From: an uncultured Verrucomicrobiota bacterium
GTDB lineage: Bacteria > Verrucomicrobiota > Kiritimatiellia > RZYC01 > CAZAYP01
Assembly (NCBI GenBank): GCA_964489425.1
Contig: CAZAYP010000007.1
Location: forward strand, 17,190 to 81,189
Length of the DNA: 64,000 bases
Direction of reading: 5' to 3'
Within the stretch, counting starts at the first letter, position 1. The number at the start of each line of letters is the position of its first letter. The translations under genes were made by a program, and so were the position numbers. Shown piece by piece: positions 27,116 to 36,721 of this stretch. The notes under the pieces are model-generated. The model was not told where the DNA came from. It did not search any database and saw nothing but the letters and a program-made list of their open reading frames with translations.

Positions 27116-28537
27116 ATGATCTTTAATACGCTCACTTTCGCTGTCTTTTTTGTTGTCACGCTCGCGCTTTACTCGCTGTTGCGGCGGCGCGGACAAAACC
27201 TACTCCTGCTGGCGGCCAGCTATTTCTTTTACGGCTGGTGGGACTATCGTTTTCTTAGCTTGCTATTGCTTTCTACGATTATCGACTATTGCGCGGGCTG
27301 GTTCCTGGACCAGGAAACACGACCCAGGCTCCGACGGCTCTACCTGGCGATCAGCATGGCCGCGAACCTTGTTATCCTTGGTTTTTTCAAGTATTTCAAC
27401 TTTTTCATCGACAGCGCCGATCAACTCCTGCAAGTGCTGGGCTTCAGCAGCAGTTCCTGGCATCTCAACATTGTGCTGCCGGTTGGCATCTCTTTTTACA
27501 CCTTCCAGACCATGAGCTATACGATTGACATCTACCGCCGGCAGCTAAAGGCCACTGCCAATGTGGTGGAGTTCGCGACCTTTGTGAGTTTTTTCCCGCA
27601 ACTGGTGGCGGGGCCGATTGAGCGCGCCCGGGATCTCCTGCCCCAGTTTGCCCAAGATCGGCAGTGCAACTGGAGCACCATCCGCGGCGGCCTGTGGTTG
27701 ATTTTCTGGGGTCTGTTCAAGAAAGTGGTGATCGCCGACAACCTGGCGACGATCGCGGACCGGTCGTTTGACACGCTGGAAGGCGTGAACGCGTTTTCCG
27801 TGATCGTCAGCACCTATGCCTTCGCATTCCAGATACTGTGCGACTTCTCCGGCTATAGTGACATGGCGCGCGGGTTGGCCAACTGCATGGGGTTCCGCCT
27901 GATGGTCAACTTTCGTAATCCTTATTACTCCCTCAATCCCAAGGAATTCTGGACGCGCTGGCACATCAGCTTGTCCTCTTGGTTGCGGGACTACCTCTAT
28001 ATCCCCTTGGGGGGGAGCCGTAAAGGACCCCGGCGTACCTATATAAACCTGATGGTAACGATGCTGCTGGGAGGCTTGTGGCACGGGGCGGCTTGGCACT
28101 TCGTGTTGTGGGGGGCCTATCAAGGTGCTTTACTTGTCATCCATCGCTTTTTTGGGGGGGGGCAGCGATCAACCGCGGAAAACAAATCCGCGCCGTCCCT
28201 TTTTTCGCCCTTTCTTCAACGGATGGTGATGTTTCAATTCATTTGCTTGGGATGGCTATTCTTTCGTGCCACTTCAGTGAAAGATATCGGATATCGGTTG
28301 TTGGCATTGAGTAACATCACTATGCCAACTTCGCAGGAATTAAACGGACTGATAACGATGATCGTGCTTTGTTTGCCCCTGTGGCTAGTGGAATATCTGG
28401 ATGAACATTACGCTGGGGATCAGGTGGCAATCGGGCTTTCCCTCGTCCCGCGCTCGTTGTTGTTTGCAGGTCTTCTCGCCATGATGCTGGGGTTTGCCAA
28501 TACAGGCAGCCACTCGTTTATCTACTTCCAATTCTGA
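27116..28537 (+). CDS. MBOAT family O-acyltransferase (AlgI/DltB-like)
   Basis: ~10 TM helices and the conserved '[23 protein letters not shown]…LGGLWHG' region with the catalytic His. Contains a T6G9 tract at 28148-28162. Confidence 0.8.
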   Translation: [473 protein letters not shown]

Positions 28538-29751
28538 TGCCGACGTCTCCTCCATCCTATCTCAACCGATTATATCGTGATGAAGTCCGGCTTGTTCGGA
28601 TCGGAAGCTGGATGTGGTTGCTGACAACCTGTGCGACTTCGCTGGGATTTTTGATCGTGGATGTGGACGCCCTATTCTATCATTCGATATCGGCGATCGG
28701 GTTTATGACAATCGGTCTCGTCCTTGGTGCTTGGGGGCTGTCCCTGAAATGGAAGCTGGATCAATACCCTAAGCTTCGGGCCCGCGCCACACTTCCTCTT
28801 GCCGTTCTATTTGTGGGCCTGCTCACTTGGGGTCTGGTCTGTCCGGCAACTCAACGGGCCTTGTGGAATAGCATTTTGGCTCGTAACCAGGCTCAAAATT
28901 GGTTTCCCCGGGACGTGGCCCGGATCCGACTGCAGCAGTTGGACCAACGCCAGTCCGATGCTGTCATCATCGGATCAAGCCAGGCAGCAGCTGCGTTTGA
29001 TCTGACATTGATTCGTGCCAGGTTCCCAGATCAGGCTATTGAAGCGCGAACTATTGGAGACTTGACGCCGGTCAGGGCCTTGATGGCGCAGCAATACTTA
29101 TTGAATATTTCCAATAACCTGGCCGTCTTGTTTCTTTCGGAGCGGGATATTCAGGCCAGCACTCCATGGAATGGTCCTTGGATGCGCCCTTTGGTATCGT
29201 GGCCCGGCTATGGACAGTTTTTGCGGATCCAGCCCCTTGCTTTGATAATGGCCAACTGGCGCATGGCGGTGGATATGGGCATGGCGGCAACATTCCCCAT
29301 CTGGAAGACCCGGGACTTCCTCCGGGAATTATTGTTTGCGCCTCTGCTGGTGGAAGCGGATGGCTACGATCGAGTACAGCAACATTTGCAGCAAGCGCTA
29401 TTTGAACAAAGGGAAGGCCTCCTCCAAGTCAACCAACGGTATCTTGACTTGCAAATTGAGGCGCTAGCGATTATTCTAATTCACTTAAAAAACGCCCACA
29501 ATAGAGTCATCATCATGGAAGGCAACCTGAGCCCGGCGGCTCAAAGCGCCATTACCCAGCAACGGAAAAGCTATCTCCGGGAGCACTTGGTAGATTTGGC
29601 CAAGCGGCACAGCTTGGAGTATTACAGCAGTGACGATCAGCCCTTTATGCTGGGCCCGGAAGATTGGTCTGATTTGACGCATGTCAACACCTTTGGCCGT
29701 GCCAAATATACCGCCTGGTTGACAAAGATATTTGAGTGGCAAGGATGGTAA
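28537..29751 (+). CDS. membrane-anchored hypothetical protein, start overlaps the MBOAT stop at 28537 (possible AlgJ/DltD-like acyl-transfer partner)
   Basis: Stop/start overlap 'TGATG'. N-terminal TM segments. No motif recognised by eye. Confidence 0.35.
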   Translation: MPTSPPSYLNRLYRDEVRLVRIGSWMWLLTTCATSLGFLIVDVDALFYHSISAIGFMTIGLVLGAWGLSLKWKLDQYPKLRARATLPLAVLFVGLLTWGLVCPATQRALWNSILARNQAQNWFPRDVARIRLQQLDQRQSDAVIIGSSQAAAAFDLTLIRARFPDQAIEARTIGDLTPVRALMAQQYLLNISNNLAVLFLSERDIQASTPWNGPWMRPLVSWPGYGQFLRIQPLALIMANWRMAVDMGMAATFPIWKTRDFLRELLFAPLLVEADGYDRVQQHLQQALFEQREGLLQVNQRYLDLQIEALAIILIHLKNAHNRVIIMEGNLSPAAQSAITQQRKSYLREHLVDLAKRHSLEYYSSDDQPFMLGPEDWSDLTHVNTFGRAKYTAWLTKIFEWQGW

Positions 29752-29791
29752 TGCCGTCGCCCAGAGCAAACGTGTGCACCCCCGAGGCGCA

Positions 29792-32086
29792 TCAGGCTGG
29801 GGGTGCGGCATCCATGACCGGCGTCATACTGGCCTTGCCAGGCGGCGGTCCCATGAGCGTTTGGAGCAGGGCGGCCAGTTGCGCGGTTTCAAATGGCTTG
29901 TGCAGGAACCCGGAAAAGCCCCACCCGCCATACTCGGACTGCAGTTGGTCTTCGTCGTAGCCGCTGGTTAGAATCACCGGTATATCCGCCCGGACCTGCC
30001 GCATTTCCCGGAAGGTTTCCGCACCGTCCATCTGCGGCATGGTGTTGTCCAGCAGCACCAGGTCAAACTGTCCGGGCATTTGGCGGAAGACCGCCACTCC
30101 GTCCCACCCGTTGGTGGCCGTGACCACCTTGAACCCCAGGGTTTCAAGCATTTTCCGCTCCACGGCCAGGATGGCGGGCTCATCCTCCACCAGCAGGATG
30201 GTTCCGCCACGCAGCCGGGTTTCCCCGGTGCGGGGTTCTGTCCGGGCGGGCGGGGCCATAATTTTCTGAGGCACGGGCAGCAAGATCCGGAAGGTGGTGC
30301 CCTGGCCCGGCGCGCTGGTGACCTGGATGGCCCCCTGGTGGCTGCGGACAATGCCCAGCACCGCTGCCAGGCCCAGTCCGCGGCCGGTAAATTTGGTGGT
30401 GAAAAATGGCTCGAAAATTTTCGCCACGGTCGGCCCATCCATGCCGCACCCGGTATCGCAGACTTCGAGGCACACATGCCCGCCCAGTCCGGCGCGTTCC
30501 CCCAGCAGCATGCCATCGAGATCCCTGCGGGCTAGATTCTTGAGGGTGGTAGTCACGGTGATCACGCCGGGCCGCGACCCGATGGCTTCCGCCGCGTTGA
30601 TGACCAGGTTCATGACCACCTGCTCGAGCTGTGACGCGTCGCCTTCGATGTACGGCAGGTCGGCGGCCAGGCGATACTCCAGCTGCACTCTTTTCCCAAT
30701 GCTGGCGCCGGCCAGTTGTTCCATCTCGCGGACAATGGCATTGATGTCCACGGGCCCGGCCACCAACCGCCCGCGGCCGGAGTAGGCGAGCATGTGGCGG
30801 GCCAGGGCCGCAGCCCGCTGGCCGGCCTTGATGATGTCCCGGATGTACTCGCCGGACGGGGACCCGGGCGGGAGGTCCATCAGGGCAAGGTCGGCGTTGC
30901 CCAGCACCGTCATCAGGATGTTGTTGAAGTCGTGGGCAATGCCGCCCGCCATGACGCCGAGGCTTTCCAGTTTCTGGGTGTGCTGGACCTTGGCGGCCAT
31001 CTCGGTGCGCTCGGTTTCGGCGCGGCGGGTTTCGGTCACGTCCTGAAGAATGCCCAGCATGCGCGTGGCGCGGCCGTCGGCTGCGCGCACGATTTCGGCT
31101 TGCAGGTGCAGGATCCGTTCCGTGCCGTCACGCTGCAGGAACCGGTATTCGCCTTGATACTCCGCGCCGCCCGCCAGGGTCGCGCGGAGTTCCTGTTGCT
31201 GGCGGTCGCGGTCCGCCGGATGCACCAGCCCCTGGCACAGGTCAGCGGTCACCGCCACCTCGCGGGGTTGCCAGCCGAATAACCGGTAGGTTTCGTCCGA
31301 CCACGTGACAACGCCGGTGGCGCATTCCCATTCCCAGGACCCCAGCAGGGCCAGGGCCTGGCTTTTGTTGAGGCGTTCCTCGCTGCGGCGCAGCTCCTGT
31401 TCACGGCGCTCAAGTGCGGCGAGGGCTTCCTTGCGTTCGGTGATGTCCAGCATGGACGCCAGCGTGTCGCGCGTGCCCGGGATGATCCGCGCGCGCACCA
31501 GCACGTAGCGGGTCTGGCCCTGGCGGTCGCGCAGGGGCAGCTCGTACATCGCCGGCGCGACGTCCGGCTGCGCGAGGCGGTGCCGGTGGTATTCCTGGAC
31601 CATCGGGCGGTACTCGGGGACGACAAAATCGAGCACCGACGGCGGCTGGCTGGCCGGCGCCACAAGGGTTTCCATCGCCCGTGCCGCCTCGGGGTTGGCC
31701 AGGAGGATCCGCAAGTCGGGGTCCATGATCACGATGGCCGTGCTGGCGTTATCGAAGAGCGTCCGGTATTTTTCTTCCGAGGCGCGCAGCTTCCGCGCCA
31801 TGCGCCGCCGGTGCCGGCGCTCCACCAGCAGGGCGCCGATCGCCATGGCTTGCAGCGCGACCATGCCGGTGGTGATCCAGATCAGCGTCCCGTGGCGTTC
31901 AAAGAAGCCGGGCGCTTGCAGCGCGGCCGCGGGTTCCGCTGCGGCCGCGGTCTGCGCGGCGCCGGTCACCAGCATGGCCACGATCAACAACATCCAACCC
32001 GGCCCATCCGCCATGCGACCGCGGTGCTGGTGCGCTGAACTGGAGGTCTGATAGATCATTCGAACCTGCGCCGGTAATGTTACCAT
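29792..32086 (-). CDS. hybrid sensor histidine kinase/response regulator with PAS domains
   Basis: HisKA 'GIAHDFNNILMTVLGNADLAL', HATPase_c 'VCDTGCGMD…GRGLGLAAV' and a C-terminal receiver 'ILLVEDEPAILAV…VLLDNTMPQMDG' are present. Confidence 0.8.
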   Translation of the reverse strand: MVTLPAQVRMIYQTSSSAHQHRGRMADGPGWMLLIVAMLVTGAAQTAAAAEPAAALQAPGFFERHGTLIWITTGMVALQAMAIGALLVERRHRRRMARKLRASEEKYRTLFDNASTAIVIMDPDLRILLANPEAARAMETLVAPASQPPSVLDFVVPEYRPMVQEYHRHRLAQPDVAPAMYELPLRDRQGQTRYVLVRARIIPGTRDTLASMLDITERKEALAALERREQELRRSEERLNKSQALALLGSWEWECATGVVTWSDETYRLFGWQPREVAVTADLCQGLVHPADRDRQQQELRATLAGGAEYQGEYRFLQRDGTERILHLQAEIVRAADGRATRMLGILQDVTETRRAETERTEMAAKVQHTQKLESLGVMAGGIAHDFNNILMTVLGNADLALMDLPPGSPSGEYIRDIIKAGQRAAALARHMLAYSGRGRLVAGPVDINAIVREMEQLAGASIGKRVQLEYRLAADLPYIEGDASQLEQVVMNLVINAAEAIGSRPGVITVTTTLKNLARRDLDGMLLGERAGLGGHVCLEVCDTGCGMDGPTVAKIFEPFFTTKFTGRGLGLAAVLGIVRSHQGAIQVTSAPGQGTTFRILLPVPQKIMAPPARTEPRTGETRLRGGTILLVEDEPAILAVERKMLETLGFKVVTATNGWDGVAVFRQMPGQFDLVLLDNTMPQMDGAETFREMRQVRADIPVILTSGYDEDQLQSEYGGWGFSGFLHKPFETAQLAALLQTLMGPPPGKASMTPVMDAAPPA

Positions 32087-32165
32087 GGCACAACCTTATC
32101 GACGAGGAAAAACAGGCGAAAAAAAAGGGGAAATGGAAAAGCGCCACGATCCCGCGGCGTCCGCG

Positions 32166-32957
32166 TCAGGCGCTGCCCGGGCGTGGCCGATTGTCGCAGG
32201 CGGCCCGGCAATCGTGGCAGACCACGCAGTCCATGGCGCGGTTGGCCGGCACATCACGCAGGAACCGGCGGGATGGTTGCACATCGGTGGGGCAGGCGGC
32301 GTCGCAGCCAAGGCAGGATCGGCATGTCGCCGGCGGGGGCCGGACTTTCCAGAATGAAATCAGGTTGAACGGGGCCATCAAGGCGCCGATGGGGCACAGC
32401 ACCCGGCAAAACGCGCGGCGGCTGAACACCACGGCCAGCAGGATCAGCGCGGCGCACGAAACCTTGATTGCCGTCCACGCGGTCCAGGCACCGGCCCCGG
32501 AAACAAGGCGGGGCAGGGTTACTTCCAAGGCCGAGGCCGGGCAGAACCGGCAGAACGCGGCCGCGGTATCTTCGCCCCACAGGAACGGGAACGCCCCCAC
32601 CATGAGGACCAGGACCACGTACTTGATCGCTGCTGTCCATCCCGGCAGGGTGATCTTGGGCGTGGGGATCCGGTGCAGCAGGTCCTGCAAAAAACCGAAC
32701 GGGCAGACCCACCCGCACAGCAGGCGGCCGGCCAGCGCGCCGATCAGGAGCAAGGTGCCCAGCGCAAGGTAAGGAACCAGGTGGTTGGCGGAGTAGTGGA
32801 TCATCACGCCTACCGGGCAGGCGAACCAGGCCAGCGCGCAGGAGTGGCAGCTCAGTACCGGGTTGCAGAACCACTTGAGTTCCGGGCCCCAGGAACTGTG
32901 CAGCAAGCCCAGGAACCCCAACTGCGTCCAGAAACGCGCTTTGCCTACTCGGGCCAT
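32166..32957 (-). CDS. 4Fe-4S cluster-binding membrane protein (NapH/MauN-like)
   Basis: Multiple TM helices plus the CxxC-rich 'CRSCLGCDAACP…CVVCHDCRAAC' region. Confidence 0.55.
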   Translation of the reverse strand: MARVGKARFWTQLGFLGLLHSSWGPELKWFCNPVLSCHSCALAWFACPVGVMIHYSANHLVPYLALGTLLLIGALAGRLLCGWVCPFGFLQDLLHRIPTPKITLPGWTAAIKYVVLVLMVGAFPFLWGEDTAAAFCRFCPASALEVTLPRLVSGAGAWTAWTAIKVSCAALILLAVVFSRRAFCRVLCPIGALMAPFNLISFWKVRPPPATCRSCLGCDAACPTDVQPSRRFLRDVPANRAMDCVVCHDCRAACDNRPRPGSA

Positions 32958-32979
32958 GACCAGTCCAACAGCATCAGGC

Positions 32980-35259
32980 TCAGCGCGTCTCGAAGGTGTA
33001 ACGCATCACCGCGGTAACATTGGGGTCGGTCCAATCGCCGGCCGGCCGCAGGGTGCGGGCGTGCGCCTGCAAGTCCACGAACGGGTGCGGCTCAAGGAAA
33101 ATGTAAGGCTCTTCCGGCGGCCCCTTGCTCTGGTCTTCCAGGCCCCCGACCAGGTCCCAGCCTGAGTCATTGAACTCCACATCGGCCCAGCGGCCGGCGG
33201 GGGTGTAGGCGGATTTCCATTGGTTGTTGGAGCGGAAGTCGCCCTGGTGGCTGCGCAGCGCCACCTGGACCCAGGGGACCATGGGCTGAAACACGCTTTG
33301 TACGGCGAGCGCGTGCGGGCCGGGGGTGAGGGTGACGCGGAAGAACTGCATACGTTCCGGGTCGCCGCACTGGGCAATGTGCCGGCCGTCCAGGAACACC
33401 TGGGCGCGCATGTTGCAGTACACGCCCAGCAGGGCGTTGCTGGGGCTGGCCTCGAACCACAACCAGTCTTCCGCCTGCCGGCGCGCCACGTCGTTGGTGG
33501 TGGCGGCCAGGAACGCTTCCACCTGCGGCTTCACCGCCGCCCACCCCTGGTCGCGCTCCGCGTAAGCCAGCAGGCGCAACTGCAGGCTGGGCAGGAACGG
33601 GTACTGGGGCATGGTTTCGTTCACGAGGCGGACGAAATCCGCGGCGCCCTGGAAGTCGCCCAACCGCTCGAGGTTGTTGATTTCCGGCATGATCGTGGCC
33701 GGGGCCAGTTGCGGGTCCGGCGGCGGCGCGCGCCACGCGGGCGTGTCCAGCGCCGAATCGGCCGCGGCCGGCGCGGCGAGATAATAAAACGCCACGCTCT
33801 CAAACCACCCGCGGCTGGCATGGTTGGGACCGCGCTCGAACTGCATGTGGAAGCTGTTTTCGAAGGCGACCGGGTCGGTCTGATGGATGCGGTACTGGAT
33901 GGCCCGGAACTGGGCCTTGAACAGCAAGCCATGGAACGGCATGACCAGCGGGTTGCCGTAATACCAGCCGCCGTTGAAGTAGTCCTCCAGGCCGGTGCCA
34001 TGCCATTGCGGGAACGACTCGCCGTCCACGCGCATGGCCTCGTCGCCTTCCAGCAACCACCAGCTTTGGTCGAGGCTCACGGCGCTCAGGATGCAGCCCA
34101 CGTAACGGCCGCGTCCCACGGCGCGCAGGACCGGGTGCGGCTGGCCGATGTGCTGCGGTCCGCTTTTGAGCCAGCCGGCGTGGAAATAGCCCCACGCATT
34201 GCTCCACACCGCCAGCGGCTCACAGGCCGTTGCCACCGCCAGGGTCAGCGGCTGCGCCCCCTGGTTTTCGAGCGTGATCCGCGCCGTCCGCTCAAACGGC
34301 ATGGGGAACCGCGCAAACAGCGTGTTGCTGACACACCCGAAGTAAGCCGCGCAGAAACGCCGCTGGCCCCAGAAGCTGCCGAAAAAATCGCCCAGCGGCA
34401 CCGCCACGCTGGCCGCGGCCTGGCCGTTCCAATGGATACGCAAAATGACGTTGCGCAGCGCCGCGTTGCGGGCCGCGACCGAGTTCCAGCCCGTCCAATC
34501 GGGCGTGACCCGCAGGTCGCGCAGGATGGCGGGTCCGGCCAGGTCCGCCAGCGCCAGGGTTTGCCCGGGCGCAAGGGTCAGGGAAGCGGATTGGAGCGGC
34601 CACGGTGGCGGAGCCAGGGCCCGCTGGCCATCGAGGGCCTCCATCAGCTGCGCGCGGGTCTCGGTCATCATGGCGGTTTGCAACTTGTCCAATTGCGCCG
34701 GGTAGCTTTGCACCCTGGGCTTGGCGGGCAGCGGGCAATACCCGATTTGATAAAAAGGTTTGTCCGAGGTGCCGTCCGGCCGCGGCTTGCCATCCGGGGT
34801 CTTGATGATCAGCCGGGTGCGGTAGGGCAGGGGGACCAGCGAGTACCAGCACCAGGGCTCGTAAGCTGCCACGGGCCGCAGGTAGGGCGGTTGGCCGCCG
34901 ACCAGGCCGTCCATGGTGGTGTCGATCCGCGGCTTCTTCTCGTTGTCAAAATAGAACTGCAACGGATGCTTGCCGTTGGTGCCGGTGAACCAGCAGCGGG
35001 TCACGCAACCGGGGCCCGGCAGGTCCGCCAGCACGGCCCAGCCGTCCGGGTCCCGGCGCACGGGGTTGTTGAAATCGTCGTTGCCGCCGGTGCGGTCGAA
35101 CGAGGTCACGATCCGCGCGGCGGGCGTGTCGAGCCGCGCGAGGCGCGTCCAGTCATAGAGGTTGGGCAGGAACTGTTCCATGCCCGCGCGCGGGCCGCAG
35201 CCGGCGAGCCACGTCGCCGCGATCGCGGCCAGCAGGGGGAAGTAGAAACGGCTTGTCAT
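32980..35259 (-). CDS. lipoprotein with DUF2961/GH172 glycoside-hydrolase-like domain
   Basis: ATG at 35259 gives 'MTSRFYFPLLAAIAATWLAGCG' (lipobox) then 'SFDRTGGNDDF…GPGCVTRCWFTG' typical of DUF2961. The upstream part of the 871-aa ORF is Gly/Ala-rich noise. Confidence 0.55.
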   Translation of the reverse strand: MTSRFYFPLLAAIAATWLAGCGPRAGMEQFLPNLYDWTRLARLDTPAARIVTSFDRTGGNDDFNNPVRRDPDGWAVLADLPGPGCVTRCWFTGTNGKHPLQFYFDNEKKPRIDTTMDGLVGGQPPYLRPVAAYEPWCWYSLVPLPYRTRLIIKTPDGKPRPDGTSDKPFYQIGYCPLPAKPRVQSYPAQLDKLQTAMMTETRAQLMEALDGQRALAPPPWPLQSASLTLAPGQTLALADLAGPAILRDLRVTPDWTGWNSVAARNAALRNVILRIHWNGQAAASVAVPLGDFFGSFWGQRRFCAAYFGCVSNTLFARFPMPFERTARITLENQGAQPLTLAVATACEPLAVWSNAWGYFHAGWLKSGPQHIGQPHPVLRAVGRGRYVGCILSAVSLDQSWWLLEGDEAMRVDGESFPQWHGTGLEDYFNGGWYYGNPLVMPFHGLLFKAQFRAIQYRIHQTDPVAFENSFHMQFERGPNHASRGWFESVAFYYLAAPAAADSALDTPAWRAPPPDPQLAPATIMPEINNLERLGDFQGAADFVRLVNETMPQYPFLPSLQLRLLAYAERDQGWAAVKPQVEAFLAATTNDVARRQAEDWLWFEASPSNALLGVYCNMRAQVFLDGRHIAQCGDPERMQFFRVTLTPGPHALAVQSVFQPMVPWVQVALRSHQGDFRSNNQWKSAYTPAGRWADVEFNDSGWDLVGGLEDQSKGPPEEPYIFLEPHPFVDLQAHARTLRPAGDWTDPNVTAVMRYTFETR

Positions 35260-36575
35260 GACGCAACCTCCGGGGGGGCGGACGTGTGGTGCGGGCGCAG
35301 CATCAACGCCAGCATCGCCACCAGCGACGCGCAGGCGGCCGCGACGAAAATATACACCACCTGGCGCAGCGACTGGTGCGCCACGGTGACGCCGCCGATA
35401 AAGCCGATCCCGCAGGCCATCAGGGGGTAAATGAACGTGAAGCGCTGTTGCGCCATCTCGAAGTTGAGCAGCAGGTAGACCAGCGCCAGCGGCGCCATGG
35501 CCACGCACACCCAGCGGATCAGCCACACCAGTTCCGCCTCCGGCTGCGGCACGTTGAACACCACCAGCAGCAGCACCCGCGGCAGCGCCAGGCAAGCCAC
35601 CAGCAACCCGCCGATGATGATCCCCGCGAAGAACACCGCCTTGAGCAGCGTCGCGCCGTGGGCCTTGCTGCGCTCGCCGCGCGAGATCACCTTGGGGAAC
35701 AGCGCGCCGGCAATCGGCTGCGACAGGAAAATCATGATCCGGGCGATGGTCGAAGCGCGCGCGTAGTTGCCGTAATCCGCCTCGTCATGGAAGTAGTGCT
35801 TGACCAGGATGAGGTCGGCGTTCATCAGCACCGAGAAGCAGAACAGGCCGAGGATCGAGAGGAAAAAGTAGCGGTTGGACCCTTCGAGCGGCGTGCCCGA
35901 CGCGGGCAACGCCGGCAGCACCTTGTGCAAGACCAGCATGCTGATCAGCAGCGTGGCTGCGGTGCCTGCCAGCTGCGCCGCCAGGCCGTTCAAGGCCAGC
36001 GGGGCCACCAGGAGCACCAGCGCGGCACCCAGCACCAACCGTACCGCCCCCCACACCTGGCCCACCACGCCCAGCCAGAAGAACGACTGCAGCCCCTGCA
36101 GCGCACCCCCATAAACGGGCCCGATGCAGGTCAGGAACAGCGCGGGCAGCGTCACCGCCAGCGGCCAGGCGCTGGCCAGGTTGAAGTAGCCGGCCAGCCA
36201 GGTGTGCCCGGCCAGGGCGATGGCCAGGATCACGCCGCCGATCACGCCCACCTTCAGCGCCCAGTGCCGGACCAGTACGCGGATATCTCCCGTCCGCCCG
36301 GCCGCGCGCAGGTGGGCGGTGAAGTGTGCGATCGTGGTCTGCAGGGCCATGGTGGGGGTGGCCACGATCCACGTGACGCCCAGCATGGTCAGCAGGATGC
36401 CGTATTCCTCGCGCGACAGCGTGCGGCCCATCACCACCTGGTACGCGGCATTGACCAGGCTGGCCAGGTTGTTGAAAAACAGGAAGATGACGCTGTGGAT
36501 GAACAGGCGGTCCCGGTCCCACACCTTGACTTTCTGAATCCACCCTTGCAGGGTCATGCAATTTCTCGATTCCAA
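35256..36575 (-). CDS. polysaccharide biosynthesis/oligosaccharide flippase family membrane protein (MOP superfamily)
   Basis: 12-14 predicted TM helices. 'EEYGILLTMLGV…' resembles the Wzx/MurJ-like N-terminus. The two overlapping ORFs on the other frames are GC noise. Confidence 0.55.
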   Translation of the reverse strand: MESRNCMTLQGWIQKVKVWDRDRLFIHSVIFLFFNNLASLVNAAYQVVMGRTLSREEYGILLTMLGVTWIVATPTMALQTTIAHFTAHLRAAGRTGDIRVLVRHWALKVGVIGGVILAIALAGHTWLAGYFNLASAWPLAVTLPALFLTCIGPVYGGALQGLQSFFWLGVVGQVWGAVRLVLGAALVLLVAPLALNGLAAQLAGTAATLLISMLVLHKVLPALPASGTPLEGSNRYFFLSILGLFCFSVLMNADLILVKHYFHDEADYGNYARASTIARIMIFLSQPIAGALFPKVISRGERSKAHGATLLKAVFFAGIIIGGLLVACLALPRVLLLVVFNVPQPEAELVWLIRWVCVAMAPLALVYLLLNFEMAQQRFTFIYPLMACGIGFIGGVTVAHQSLRQVVYIFVAAACASLVAMLALMLRPHHTSAPPEVAS

Positions 36576-36721
36576 GCTTGCCTCGGTCGCGCCGGCCGGT
36601 ATACCGTGCCCACAGTGCGCGTCCTAATCCCGGAGACTGTAAGCTGAGCGGCCCCGGGAAGTACACGAAAAAAGGCGGCGCACGGGTAGATAATCCCTAA
36701 ACAAACGGAGGAATCGGGAAC

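Noticed and set aside
33220-36666. Large plus- and minus-strand ORFs (33220..35430 +, 35286..36647 +, 35785..36666 -) overlapping the GH172 lipoprotein and flippase genes
   Set aside because: Products are Arg/Gly/His/Gln-rich with no TM or domain logic. The chosen strands give a lipobox + DUF2961 motif and a 12-TM flippase.
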